In this document: in pieces, positions 37,920 through 51,488 of the stretch
Position numbering within the stretch: the stretch's first letter is position 1
Layout: the number at the start of each line of letters is the position of its first letter
Source of the DNA: Rhizophagus irregularis
Taxonomy: Eukaryota
Length of the DNA: 64,000 bases
Assembly (NCBI RefSeq): GCF_026210795.1
Contig: NC_089434.1
Location: 1,612,001 to 1,676,000 of the forward strand
Direction of reading: 5' to 3'
Translations under genes and position numbers: made by a program
Notes under the pieces: model-generated
What the model saw: only the letters and a program-made list of their open reading frames with translations
Told to the model about the DNA's origin: nothing
The model's database searches: none

Positions 37920-39428
37920 AATTCTTCTTTTTACTATTTTTTTTTATTTTAATGTTTGTTTTTTTTCAAATGTTCTCTTACACTCAAAAAAAGAAAAAAA
38001 AAAAATTTCTTTTTTTTTATCAAAAAAAAAAAGAGAATTTAAAAGGTTTAGGTTGGAGGCTTTTAAACGATTGAAAAGAAAGCTTTACAAAATATTTATG
38101 TTCAAACTTTAAATAAGCATAAGTTTATGACCTATTTTTCTATATATATATTGATCAAGTTTTTTTTTTAAAAAAAAAACCACAAATAAATTAAATAATT
38201 AAAAATAAAAAAAAATAAATTTACAAAATGTTTAATTTTTGAAAGTTATAAATAATTATTCTTTTTTTTTTCTTTTTTATTTAGTTCATATTTTTTTTTT
38301 GACTTTTTTTACCGCATTTACAACGAAATATATGTATTAAACTGTTTATAGGGTAAATAATGTAGAGAGTATATGAAAAAGTGAACAAAGTTCAACTTTT
38401 TCCAAATTCATCATTATTATAATATTATATTGCCGTATCACTTAAAGAGATCTGAAAAGTATAACAATGGGGTCACAAGCAACGAGGAGAATATTCTAAA
38501 AAAATAAACTGTACAAAAAAAATTTACTTTTTCCGGAAACGTTTTGTTTCACGTATTTATAAATGATCAATTTATTCCCAAGTGATAAGCGGTTGAACCA
38601 ATTGTCGGATAGTACGAATGGTGTGAAAATTTAATACTACTTGGCGAATATCAAAAACTTCAACGCTGCGGTATGACGCAATTGTTTAAATTAAAAAAGA
38701 TCTTTTGTCGATTGAACTTAACAAAGAATTTTTTTTTACTTTATCCAGTCCTTTAAAAGTTAAGTGAATTATATAAGTGAGAAAAAATATATATTTATAA
38801 TTTTTTTTTTTTATATCTTTTCGAAGGAATTCTTTTTTTTTGTTTGTTTGTTATTGTTTGAAGCCACCACGTGCTCTAATTCATTTCGAAATGATAGATT
38901 TTTTTAAACATTTTTTACTGTGTTCCCTACTTTTTTTTCTAAAAAAAAAGTATTATTGATCTTCATATTGATTTAATATCATTTGTGAAACATTGAAAAA
39001 AGGCTTTTCTTATTAAAATCATCATCAATTTTTTAAATCTCCCATATACGGGGAAATCTGATGCAGGTAATCCATATCAGTATTTAGTTAGCTTATAATA
39101 TCGGAGTTTTTCTCGGACATTTAATAAATATCATTAAATTGGAAATTCCTTGCCGTAAACGATGTAATATCCGCGATTCCGGATTTTTTTATTGTTAATT
39201 ATTATTAATTACTATATTTTTTACTATGTACAAATAAGGTATTATTAATTATTTTTTTTTTTAAAAAAAATTCACATTTTAACATATTAGTACAATTGTT
39301 TTTATGTGTATTTAATCTCCCAAAATATCAATTTAATTATTAAAAAGAAATATTAATGAAGATATTAATTATTATATAGGTATATATATATATTTATTTG
39401 AAACATATTGTATGTCTCGTTATAGTCA

Positions 39429-41147
39429 TTATAGCCATACTGGTTCATGTACTTGTCCATTGAGTTTATATCTGAAATCAACAATGGTTTCTTTTGCTTT
39501 TTCAAGAAATCCCTTACTGAATCTTTTATCAGTTCCTATATGTAAACGATGCAAGTGTTCTTTTAAATATCTAAATAAAACTTCTAAATGAGCATCAGAA
39601 AAATCCGGTGAATATCGAAATACAAGACTTTTGAGAGGTGCCCTTGATTTAACAATAAAGATCTCTAATGATTTGGCACAAAACCGCCATTGAGCATCAA
39701 TAAACAACTCTTTTAAATTCGATAATTCTTGATTAGCTATTCTTAAAAATAATTCATCCGCAACATCTGGATTTCCAGTCAATTTCACTTTCTCAAGGAG
39801 AGGACATGATGCAAAAAGAAGCATCAACTGTTGAAATTCTCTTCTATCCACATATATCTCAAGATGAACAAGATTCTGACAATAATTTGCGACAGTCGTT
39901 ATAACTTGAGGTATGAAGTTGTGTTCAGGATAATAATATCTTGTTAAAGTAAATGTTCTAAGTGTCTTGCCTGAATGTTGTACTATTAGTTCCGGAAGAA
40001 TGGTTTGATCCCTGAAACAACAAACATTGAAAGATAATTTTGTTAAATGAGGGAAATATGATTGTTCTATCATGTTTACTTCGTTACATTGAAAATTAGC
40101 GTGAGAAAATATTATTTCCCTTAAATTTGTTAAATGTTTCACTTCCGAAAAAATACTCCAATCCTTTACTATCCCTTGAAAATAAAAAATACGCAACGTT
40201 TTCGCTTGTGTTCGAAGTCCTTCCATGATTGATGGTAAAATACGAAATTTACATTTAATAAATTTAATTTCTTGTAAACAATTTTGTACTTTTATCAATG
40301 TTGATAATCTCTTTGCATCCTTTCTACTTTCATCCCTTCCAAAATTTGACATATCAATCACAAGTTTTCTAAGATGATGTGTAATTTTTGATAAAGCATC
40401 TAAAAAATTACTTGTCCAATGAGTAGCCCCCCACGTAAATTCGACAAGTTGTGATAAACAATTCTGAGATCCGGTATAAGTAGGAATTAATAATATTTCA
40501 TTAGGAATTTCATTTACGGTAATCCAGAAAGAAATACTCGGCAAACTAGTACATCTTTGTTTATCCTCTGACCATTTTGTATTCACCATATCTATCGATA
40601 AATGACTTAGATTTGAACAATATAACACTAAAAGTCTGCATAGATCACAAGCCATTTTTTGAAATAATGATTCCGCCCAAGTAATCGATGATGTTGACCA
40701 AGTAATTTCTGAAAAGAAAGGCTTAGAACTACATTGAAAATCCATTAAAAATCGTTGAGATCGAAGATATTCAACGCCATCATGTAAAGCCCAAACTAAA
40801 TCATGTATGTCAAGATGTCGAATGAAATCAGTATATGCAAAAGTTGTTAGAGGTGCCGTTGTCCATATAATCAAGTCTTGAATATTTACTGAACTTGCTG
40901 TATGTTTGTGTGCAAGAATGGTAGTCAGAGTCGCAAGGAATTTTTTTACTTTCATTCGACGTTTTTGTTCTGAACATCGACAAAATTTAGAGCAAGTATA
41001 TAAAAAACGAAAAGGTTTTCTCCATAAAAATTGAACCGCAACTTCACACCAAAGTCTATTAACCAATAAAGCTCCGTGTAAAGATTTTTTATCATGTTCG
41101 AGATTAGTGAATATTTCCCAAAGACAATCACGGTTAAGGGCAGTCAT
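39429..41147 (-). CDS. F-box / leucine-rich-repeat protein, intronless
   Basis: N-terminal LNRDCLWEIFTNL...LLVNRLWCEVAVQFLWRKPF (F-box-like) followed by RNI-like LRRs (CSNLSHL, CQNLVHL, CPLLEKVKL). Confidence 0.9.
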   Translation of the reverse strand: MTALNRDCLWEIFTNLEHDKKSLHGALLVNRLWCEVAVQFLWRKPFRFLYTCSKFCRCSEQKRRMKVKKFLATLTTILAHKHTASSVNIQDLIIWTTAPLTTFAYTDFIRHLDIHDLVWALHDGVEYLRSQRFLMDFQCSSKPFFSEITWSTSSITWAESLFQKMACDLCRLLVLYCSNLSHLSIDMVNTKWSEDKQRCTSLPSISFWITVNEIPNEILLIPTYTGSQNCLSQLVEFTWGATHWTSNFLDALSKITHHLRKLVIDMSNFGRDESRKDAKRLSTLIKVQNCLQEIKFIKCKFRILPSIMEGLRTQAKTLRIFYFQGIVKDWSIFSEVKHLTNLREIIFSHANFQCNEVNMIEQSYFPHLTKLSFNVCCFRDQTILPELIVQHSGKTLRTFTLTRYYYPEHNFIPQVITTVANYCQNLVHLEIYVDRREFQQLMLLFASCPLLEKVKLTGNPDVADELFLRIANQELSNLKELFIDAQWRFCAKSLEIFIVKSRAPLKSLVFRYSPDFSDAHLEVLFRYLKEHLHRLHIGTDKRFSKGFLEKAKETIVDFRYKLNGQVHEPVWL

Positions 41148-41323
41148 TTTTAAAAATACATTGAATTAAATCAAAATTCAGGTCTATAGAAAAGTAACCC
41201 GTGATAATATTTTATTGGCTAAATTTCTCGTGATAAGCTTCCAATCAAGGATGCCACATGTCAAAAACGACACTCATAAAATGGGGACGATTATCAACTA
41301 TCATTCTTTAAAACTAAATAGTA
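41148..41323. promoter_or_regulatory. Putative bidirectional promoter between the F-box gene and TRAX
   Basis: Only 176 bp separate the divergent start codons. It contains ATTGG and CCAAT in opposite orientations and two CGTGATAA motifs. Confidence 0.55.
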
Positions 41324-42792
41324 ATGGAAACCGAAATTCAAAGCTCCCCTTTGGGTCAAAATGTTGATATCAAAACTCTTTTTACTAGTTTACGAGTAAC
41401 ATTAGATCATCATGTAAGTAAAAAAAATTAATTTATTTGGTTTTGTATTATAGACATTTTATTAATTATTTTATTTAATTCCATGGAATAAAATTTGATA
41501 GTATGATAGAAAAGAAAGAATTGTCAAGCAGTCAAGGTTTTAAGGCGTTTAAAATTATTGCAAATAATAATTTAAATTTATTTTAATTAATTTTACATTA
41601 ATTCGATCTTTTTTTTTTCGATTATTATAATTAAAAAGAGATATTACAGGATTGAGTAAAAAATTAATATTTCTTGCTCATAGGTACGTTAATTTAAATT
41701 AATTATTTTTTATTTAATTCTTTATTCTTTAAATTGAATTTTTATGTTTCTAAATTATTTATTATGAAATATATTAAGATCAAACCAAAAATCATTAAAA
41801 TCGATTTTAGAAGAAGCAGAAACGAAGAAAAAAGAAATACTTGAATTATTTCAGAAAGTATCATGTGAATTAGAAGGAATAAATTATTATAAGTAAGTTT
41901 TTTGTTATCATAGGTTCTTGTTAACATGATTTAGTTTGTACCAAAATTCTAATTTTTTCATCGCACTATAATACGGTTAGATATCATAAAAGTATTTCTC
42001 CTGCAATTCAAGAATTTATCGAGGCTATATCATTTCTAGAATATTTGGAACATAATCGTTTGATTTCTATGAATGATGTTGAATTAAATTTTAGAGACAA
42101 ATCGGGTAATCAGGTAATATACATTTTTTTCACGGTATATTATTATAAGTTTAAAAATTTTAAATATCTTTAGCTCTTCTATTTAATTAGTATTTACAAG
42201 TAACGGTTGAGGATTATGTTCTAGGTATAGCAGATCTAACAGGAGAGCTGATGCGTTACGCCATTAATAGTGTTGGTAAAGGAGATCATGATCGTGCTTT
42301 ACAAGTTTGTAAATTTCTAAGGAGTTTAAAGTCTGGTAATAAAACTTTATTTTATTGATTTCGATAAATAATTTTTAGTTTAATCTTAAACTAACTAATA
42401 AAAAAAAAAAAGATTATGATCTCCTCAAAGTATCAGGATATTCTCTCTTAGGAAGAAAATTGGACGGGATAAAAACAAATCTAGCAAAAGTTGAAGATGG
42501 TACGAACTTCAAATAATTTCTTTTATTTATATGTTATTTTTATATTTATTTTATTTTATCTTCATTACCATTTTTATTAGCTTGTTACGCTCTTACAATT
42601 AGAGGTTCCGGTAATTATTGCTTTGTTATGTTCTGACATCTAATTTATTTTTTTTAAAAAAAATATCGTACCTTGTGGTTAACATTATATTCTTTTGATT
42701 ACCAATTTATAGAGTATCCAAAAGAATTTTATCAACACATCGTTAGTGAACATGCAAGAAATTACGGCGATAATATGGACGTTGATGAATGA
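41324..42792 (+). CDS. TSNAX: Translin-associated factor X (TRAX, nuclease subunit of C3PO), about 9 exons
   Basis: Spliced translation has [65 protein letters not shown] and [20 protein letters not shown]. The catalytic QExxE and DxxGE residues are present. Missed by the ORF track. Confidence 0.92.
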
Positions 42793-43899
42793 GGCTTTAT
42801 GCATTTTTATTCTTTTGAAGTCATTATTTAATATTAATAACAATAACAACATGTAAAAATAATTATTAAAGATTTGAGATTAAATAGCTTTGTATAATAA
42901 TAAATTTAATATTTTCACCACTGTTTTTTTCATATTTCGTTTTCAAGTTTAATGATTTTTTTATAAATATACAAGTTGAATATTTTCATCGCAAGCAAAT
43001 CCCCTCTTCCTCCCATCCAGAGTTGAATTGGAGTGGGGATATAGTCAATACTCATGTCCTTAGGAAATTGATAAGTACTTCTTGTCATCAAAGAGATGTG
43101 GGTTTTTTTTGTTACATTTCGTTTTTAGTTGTTACCACGCTCTTCCTTTGTCCCCATATATGTTTCTCTATAAATTTCTACAGAACAATGAAATCTCCTC
43201 CCACTTTTTTACCTTTAAAAATTGGATCTTCCCAGTGGTTTTTCCTTGCAATATAACGATTATATTTCACTCTTTGGTAAGAATTGACCCGATCTCGATC
43301 CCTGTATGCTCCTTGCAGATAATAAGTGCAGATCTTGGAGGTGCACTGTTCATCATATGCGACATGTGCGGTCGACTGTTTCATGTGCATCAAATGAGCA
43401 TACTGACTCATCATTAATGTCCATCATGTCCATCTAAAAAATCTGAGATCTCGTAGGATTAGCAATATATAGTATGGTGCGCACGATCTAAAGCTAACCA
43501 CATTTATCACATGACTTCAAAAAAAAAGAAGTAACCAAAAAATCGATTATTTTCTCTGTTAAATAATAGATCAGATCATTATCTTTCATATGGCAGAGCC
43601 CTTTTCTGGTTAAGTAATCAATTAACAAAATCAGGTATTATTATTAATTATAAAATGCAATAAATCTTAAAAACAAAACAATCCCCCCCCTATTACATCG
43701 ATCAGTATTAAGTAAAAAATAAAATATTGATATCCGCATGCAAAATGTCACAAATAGCAAGCAAAAAAATACAAATTACCAATGATAAAATATTTGATAA
43801 TTTTGAGGATGATGATATTTGGGATGATTATGATTTGGAGATAATCACACCATCTGTATTTGATATTATGCATCAAAAATTCTCGTAAAGTGTAATTAT

Positions 43900-45140
43900 A
43901 TATGCGTTAACCATATAAAAATTCATTTCACGTGATATGATTATAAGTCTGAAAATTTTGGCCACTAAATAAAATATTGATTGGCCTTACTATCCTGTTT
44001 CGGTCGGGATCCAGGATAGGCAAGTGAGGGTCCGCTCCTTCGGCCTTTGACCGTTGGTTTGGACGAAGTTTTATAATGGTGTCCGTTTGTTAGAATAGTG
44101 TAGCAACTTCTCATTGTAATCCTGCTTTACATAAAATAAATATAAACATTGATTGGCTTTAGACTGAGCGTTTGATGGTGCGTATATTGCAAATTTTAAT
44201 TTTCCTTTGCTCATCATTTCAACACCATCATAATACATATATTTAGGAACAAATTTCTTTATATTCCCGTAATTAAGTTCAATGTCTTTCTTTTTTAATT
44301 CATTTCTCTTCCTCACGCGTCAAATTAGTAGTAATATTTATTAACAAAACTATTATTGCAACTTTCTTCTTTAGAATCCCGGCGAGTCTTATATGTAATT
44401 TTGCTACGATATAATTTATTTCTTAAATTGAGTTCAGAATTGAACTGCCTTCTTCATAATTATAAGAATAAAAGAATTCGTATATAGGTTTTCTAATATT
44501 CAATTTTTTTGAATTTCATAGGTGAATGCCAGTTTTCGTTTATTATAAGCGTTGAGGAATTTTTAAATTCGTTAACTAGTTACTTTATTATTCATAATAT
44601 TATGAGATTGTTCATTTTTTCTCTGCTTGTAATAAAGGGTTTTCTGCGTACAGTAGTAAAAGTTGGCTTGATTGATTTTACGATTCACGTGATATCTTTC
44701 ACCAATATTTAAACCACATGATAATGTTTCGATGTATGGGATGTGCATTCCGCGTCTATTTTATATACCTAATTATCATGTAATTAGTACCTCTGTAATT
44801 TTGTATTGTATCGACAGGTTGCCTGCCTTTCTTGAAATAAAAATAAAATAAAATAAAATAAAATTCTTATTTTTTTGATGGGTCAACCGAAAACTTTATT
44901 TTCAAGTTCTTTCATCATATCAACATCTTGTAGGGTCGGATATTACTATTTTTTATTTCAAGGGTTGCATTTCCAAGTTTTATGTCAATATTCTGAATGG
45001 AAACAACTTCAGTTATATGAGATGATTAATATTGAATGGGGCTGCTTTATATGTTATTGATAGAGATTAGGTTGTTCACGACGTCTTTTTGATTGAGATT
45101 GAGCGGGTGTGGGAGTTATATGAGTGGGAGTAACATATAT
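43900..45140 (-). pseudogene. Highly degenerate repeat-associated reading frame of unknown function
   Basis: Coding-like stretches (MHIPYIETLSCGLNIGERY..., NIKKFVPKYMYYDG...) broken by many stops. Confidence 0.3.
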
Positions 45141-46479
45141 ACAGTATATATTCACAAGCTATTATTACAACAATGACAGTTGAAAAGAGCACGGTATCTT
45201 TATTTTCAATATTAAGTACAGTCATGGCAACTGTGATTGTTTGAGGTAGAGTGCAACTAACAGTGCAATGTGTGCGTAATAGGGCTGCTTGCTCGTTATC
45301 AAGTTTTTTTTTTATTAATAATATTCTTTTACAGTAAGTAGATGAAATTCATGATCTAAAAGAGGACAAACGACAGCATGATGTGTATTTACAGATAATC
45401 TATACATTAAAAAATTTATACTAAAAAATAGCTTTGCAACAAATCTCTATCAAAAACTCAAACAAAATCTCTACCAAAATGTATCAAACAAAATCCCTAT
45501 CAAAAAATGTCCCAAATGAACCCTTAGAAAATTTCTCAACAAAAATCTATCACTTCACTTTGTGTCTTTATCATCTCCCGGTGTAATATAACATGATTTC
45601 CACTAGATGCTGAATAATTTTTACCATCAGTAAAAAAATGTCAATTTTTCAATTTTCCATAATCAATATGATTAGAATCTCCGTCATTATCAGATCTCGC
45701 CCTTTCATTTAGTATGTTGTACTTTGATTCTTACGATCATCCACATTGCTTGGTCCTTGATTGTTTGACTCTTTTTTCGTCCCTTATTGAGATTACAATA
45801 TATTTCTAGCTTTACATAATATTCTAAAAATAATATAATGTGATGAAATTGCTGACTTATTTTCGGATACAGAGATTTAAATTCAATGTAATATTCTTTT
45901 ACAGTAGATAGATGTAAATGACAGTATGTTAAGTATTTTTTTACTTTATAGGTAATCAAACATTTTTACAGATAAATTAAATGTCAAAAGTAGTTTTGCA
46001 ATAAAATCTCTATTAAAAAATGTCTCAATTGAATCCTCAAAATTTTTCAAACAAAATCTTTATCAAAAAATGTCACATAGCATCAATTTCAATATCAAAA
46101 TCTTCACTATCTGAATCTGCTCTTTACTAGTATGTTGTACTACTTTTACGATACCGATATTCTTACGGTTACATATTCTTTTCTACTATATAAATTATCT
46201 AATTTTAATTTTTGTTAATGTTAAATAAATCTTCGTTCCAACTAAATTGTTTTTTATATCTTTACGGGCAAATAAGTCGTTCCAAATTCAAGATTGATTT
46301 TACTTGCCACTCCTTTCCAGAAACTATGTTTCATGTTACCGCTTTTGTTTTCGTTTTTTTCATTATCGTTCCACGTGTCCCTTTGATGACAATATCGTTC
46401 GTGGATTATGTGCCTGATTATACCATCATTAATAGGGAAATCGATTTTTGTACATCGATGTTTTCATGTTCATGTAATC

Positions 46480-47269
46480 ATTTAATTCATCTCCTCCCTG
46501 AATAATTATTGACTTTAGTTGAGGTCATATAAGATTTAATTTCAAATAATCATAAATATACATACAATAAAATCTCTAATGAGGGAGCCATTTACTTTGT
46601 CCTTTGTAAAATTCTTGCACTGGACAACGAATTTTACTCCCCTATGTTCAACAAATGGTATGTGTTCTGAATCTATAACTCCAATATAAATTCTTCAGGT
46701 ACAATATTTGATTCATTGGATTTAAGTCTTTTTAATTCATTACTTATACCCCTAATTTCTTTAGATTTCGAGCCTTTCTTCCATACTTTTTAATCAATCT
46801 ATTATAGATTACAAAATATTAATTATATATTTATGTTACTTTATTAACCTCTAAATATTTAATTGGGAATACCTTCGATATTTGTATTAACAGGATGCAT
46901 CCTAATTAAAATTTCGACTTGTCATTGAATCCACCATAAATTTGTTCTTTTATCGTTATTATCACTACTGGTCCATTTATGGTAGGCTGATATAGCCGAT
47001 ATGTGTCCACATATTGTATATCTCATATTGTTATTTTTTCATAAGACGTAAGATCAAAATATAACAATGATGTAATAAAATTCTTCTCTTAATATATCAG
47101 ACGATTTGAAATAAAAATCAAAGATATGAACGTGAGAAGTGGTAAATTTGATGATTTTTATATTAAAAATATTTTGCGGTATATCAAATGTGAACAAACA
47201 TAATTGATAGTTATTTACATCTGTTATTTTCGAATTAACTAATTTTTCTTTCGTATTAGTTTTTCGCAT
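46480..47269 (-). pseudogene. Decayed gene containing an Mrr-like (QxK-type) restriction endonuclease motif
   Basis: Minus strand 46700-46565 reads IGVIDSEHIPFVEHRGVKFVVQCKNFTKDKVNGSLIRDF, matching the Mrr-type VQCK...V...(I/V)R(D/E) motif. Flanking frames contain stops. Confidence 0.55.
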
Positions 47270-49377
47270 AGTTGATTATTTTGATGGCAATGCAGGAATA
47301 AAAATTTGAGACAATTGCAAATACTTCTTTTAATATATATATATATATTACAATATGAATTCTAAAAGTAATTAATCAATGATAAATCGAAATGGTTTAC
47401 TTATATGTGATTGGATTCAGTATAATCATTCCCATTGATGGAATATAAAAAAAAAAAGAAATAGTAACCAATCAGCGTAACTTTATGAGATGGTTCAGGA
47501 ATGGTAATTCAAATTTTATTTCCGGTCCATTGAGATTTGAGAATGCCCTTAAACTTCTTTGAAAATTTCAATAACATGAAATTATTTTTTATATGTTATT
47601 AAACATATTTTTGTATTATTTTTTTCTTAAAGAAAATTCTCATATTATATTTGACATATATGTATTAAAATATACACGTCGTAAGTAAAAATTGGATATA
47701 ATTAAATAATTAGGAAATATTTGACATTATAGAGTTCTAAATATAATTAACTTTTTATTAATATATCATAATTGTTAAACTAAATAATAATTTGTATATG
47801 TATCGGGATTATATCAATTTAGTAAAAACAATACCAATCAAAAATGATAATTTTTGCGTCATTGTTTAGATTCTTAATTTCAAACATTAATCAGCACGTG
47901 ATCGATATCAATTTTGATAACAATATATTTAGCAAACAAAAAAAGAAAGTGCATAGGCGGAAGGAAGGAAATAATTCTATAGTCCTACGCTTCGCTCCGG
48001 ACGATAACAGGTTTTAATCTTCATATGACAATTTTAATTTTTTAAATTGGTAATAGGATGTTTTTTTTGCTGTAAGGTAAAAATACTATTTTAAAAATTT
48101 ACAAGGTAATTACCTTCCATGTTTTACAAGCATTTTAGAGGTGATTAACAATTCAAATCATTGTATTAAATATTAATATGAAAATGAAACATGTAAGTGG
48201 TGTGATTTGAATGATTGAACGAATATTCTATTAAACATAAAATAAAATTTCATCATGGTACGATCACTTACAGTAAAAAATCATTTTTATAAAGTAAGTG
48301 GCAATATACTCTTTACTAGTTAGATTTAGTCTAGATGATCACTAACTGGAAAAAAAATTTTTAGACAAAAAAAAATTAGCGACTGTTTTAATTTACTCTA
48401 CGATAAACAATGAGCTCAATACTAGCCCAGACCGATATTTCTATTAAGGAGTAAACGAAAATAATGTAAATGAAAATTTTTATAGGAAAAATTTAAATAA
48501 AGTTATAAAGTGGATTAAAATAGCATAAAAATAAAATTTATAGAAATTAATACATCACTTTTATTGGATGTATGACGTTGAAAACAATCTAAATTATAAT
48601 TACCAAATACAACTTGATTTTGTTTATGGTATATACAATTTTCTAGGTGAATTTTTAATTCTTCATAAATATAATAATTTTCTGGTTCAATTTCTATTTT
48701 TTATCTTTCAGTAATCAATTTATAATTGTTTCTAAAATAGTTATAAAAAATTAAAAATTGATCCAGGAAATTGATAATATGATTAGCAGAGGAAATGTTT
48801 TCAAACCATGTTGAATATCAATATCATTCTACATATATCTGACATGGTGTCTAAACATTATCCGACATGATGTCCAGACATCAGCCGGCGTGATATTCAA
48901 ACATCTGAAGACTGCTAAGTGACCTCTGTTTTTGTACCAATTTTCTACACAATGTTTAACTCGCTATATCTGAGCGAATAAAAAAGTAGTGAATAGGACA
49001 TTATCAATGTTGAGGAGTCTTACTGTACATAAATTATAGTGCTTTTTAATTACAGTATTATCAACGTGTAATTACTTCCGAAATTGACTTGCATAAGAAC
49101 CAATCATGACAAATTATCTCACAGCTTATTTTCAATATCAACACAAAAATTGAATTAATAAAAAGAAAGGCAAAAAACTTTATTAAATTTTTAATATGCG
49201 TAAGCTTTACAATACGGTATATAAAAAAGTGCTAAACTTTGAGATCGTGAACTTGGTTTGGTTCACGAAGTCGATGTTTATGACAAATCTTAGCAATTAC
49301 ATTCTAAAAGGATTTCTTTAAAAACAACACTTAAGCATATAAATATACAGTGTCAAGGTACAATCATGAACTTGAAG

Positions 49378-51488
49378 CTATATATCTTCAATCTTCAGGT
49401 CAAGTTCAAGAGCGTATTGTTTAAAACGACCAAACCAAGCAGGTTTTTTATTGATAACAGTTTTCTTTGTAGTGTGAATACTGTAAGTAGTAAATCTTGT
49501 TTCAGGTAAAACAAAGTAAAAACTGATCTCCTCATCTGGACGTGTTATTCCACGAATATACTTTTCCAGGCCACTCTTGACGATAGGATGTCTCTCTGCA
49601 ATAGTCATCTGGAAGAACTTGTTTGTAGGGATAAAAGAATCGAACGACTTATTATTTTTTTGAGTTGGTATGTAATATTTAGTAGTACCGGACGTATTTG
49701 TAGCATCTCCAATATCATCAATGTCACTAAACAACACTTTTTCCATGTTATTCAGTACAAGCCTTGGATCATTCCTTTTGAAGTCTCGATCTATAGGGCG
49801 AACTTTAAATTTTCCTCCACGTAGCAACTTTCGATGAGCAAGTCGCTCAAACATAGTACCTCGGAGTGAACCAAATTCATTCAAATCATCGCTACTATTC
49901 ACAAAATCTAACAATTCTTGCTTGTGTTTTTCAGCAAGTTTGTTTATTACCATTTCGGAAACGTAATCAGACGCAAACTCTAGAATACGTTCACTATAAT
50001 AAGACATTTTATCAGCGAGTTTAGAATCTGTGGAAGTTGCGAGGTCTGCCGAATTCACGAGAGTTGCTGATGTAGAAGAACCTTCAATTTCTCTCCCCTT
50101 TCCTTTATTTTGTATATTTCGTGCCTCTTCCTCTTGACCCGCCTCTTCCTCTTGATCCACCTCTTCTGCTTGATCCGCCTCTTTCACTGGTACATTTGTA
50201 CAGATATGAACGAGATTATGATTAGCACTGTTGCCCGAAGAGGTTTCACCAACAAAATACATTATGCTTTTTTCAACTTCAATAATTGCAGCATCCAGTT
50301 GTTTTTGCGAATTGTAATTGCGAGCATGAAACAAGACAAATCGAGGAATCCCACCCCATTTATAATGCAGGGCCCGAACTTCTTCTTTAGTAAGATGTTT
50401 GAAAATATCAATTTTATCCCTACAAATATCGATCTCTGCAAGAGACCACACCGGCATGTATCGTACATTTATCCCAAGTGAATCAAACGTTTTATAGTAT
50501 GTCATCTGGGGCGAACAGACAAGAATAGTTTTTCCACGAAATTCCATCGGTTCCCGAGCGTCTACAATATACCAAGTATCATTTTTTCCTAGGTAATCCT
50601 TGAATAGGTGAATATCGTCTACCTTACTACAGTAAACTTTGTCTTCGCTGAAAAGAATCGGAGATCTGTGATGTTGGTGGTATACGACCGTTCTATTGGC
50701 TTTTGCAATAATATAAAGCAAATAATAACCGAAGAAGGTTTTCCCAATCCCCGGGTTTCCGGTAATACGCCAACGAGACCTATTACTTTCAAAAATTATC
50801 TTGGACAAATCGAGATAGCAATCGCGGATGAATATAGTAGATATTGGATTTCCGTAATCGTCAACGCCCAGAAAATAGGAAGCATCATTGGACAAATTAA
50901 GGACATTGTCATCTATTGTCGCCTCCTTGAATGCTTTCCAAACCTTTTCAAGAGATTCATTATCATAGTTATCACTTTGAATTTCTTCTTCATCATCAAT
51001 TTTTCTTCGTTTGTATCCTAAATACTGGAAAATATTAAATAATGAACGGTTATCAAATAGTCAAGCCAAAATGCGTTGACAAAATCTATTACGACTCATT
51101 TACAGCAGTGGGTTGATCTACAATAACGTGAACGTTTTTTGGGAGGGTTTGACGGTTTGATGATAAGAAGCAGGAAAGAAAAGCACATTATTGGCAAATA
51201 TGAGAATGAAATTTACTTACGTCCTTTATATTCATTAATCAAATTTACAATCATTGTAGAAGCTCCAAGAGGTATTCCATAAGCTTTAAGACCTTCGTAC
51301 GTTAATTTAAAAAAGATCGAGCCTTTGACTTCTTCAGCTGTTAACGTGTCTATGTGATTATCAATGTCGCTTAACCTCTCTTTCAAAAATAAATTAAGTT
51401 CTACGGCATTATATCCTTTCACTTCCTCGAATGTCGGAAGAGGAATAACAGGAACACCAGTGGAGGAACTTGCAACGTTAGACGACAT
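49378..51488 (-). CDS. Crinkler (CRN)-like effector: SAM header + P-loop NTPase + restriction-endonuclease-fold domain
   Basis: Exon 1 51488-51221 is SAM-like. The main exon has KRRK, FIRDCY, Walker A ITGNPGIGKT, WYIVDA, YMPVWSLAEI and WGGIPR, then RGTMFERLAH...SFDSF...FFQMT. This matches the NTPase+REase architecture known for Crinkler-RHS proteins. Confidence 0.88.

Noticed and set aside
43178..43414. DEQCTSKIC...RDRDRVN as a TnpB/Fanzor C-terminus
   Set aside because: The spacing is far too short, and there is no zinc ribbon or upstream RuvC motif. It fits a decayed CCCH finger (KICTYYLQGA) at least as well; unresolved.
43990..44070. GC-rich hairpin CTATCCTG/CAGGATAG as a ribozyme or ncRNA
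   Set aside because: No hammerhead CUGAUGA core or HDV pseudoknot could be built by eye; the minus strand reads as a continuation of a decayed ORF.
46930..46985. GPVVIITIKEQIYGGFN as a TLDc domain fragment
   Set aside because: Short match in a frame interrupted by stops; an alternative frame is equally plausible.
49588..51021. Plus-strand ORFs overlapping the CRN gene (and similar ORFs over the Uma2, kinase and channel genes)
   Set aside because: Antisense shadows of real coding sequence.
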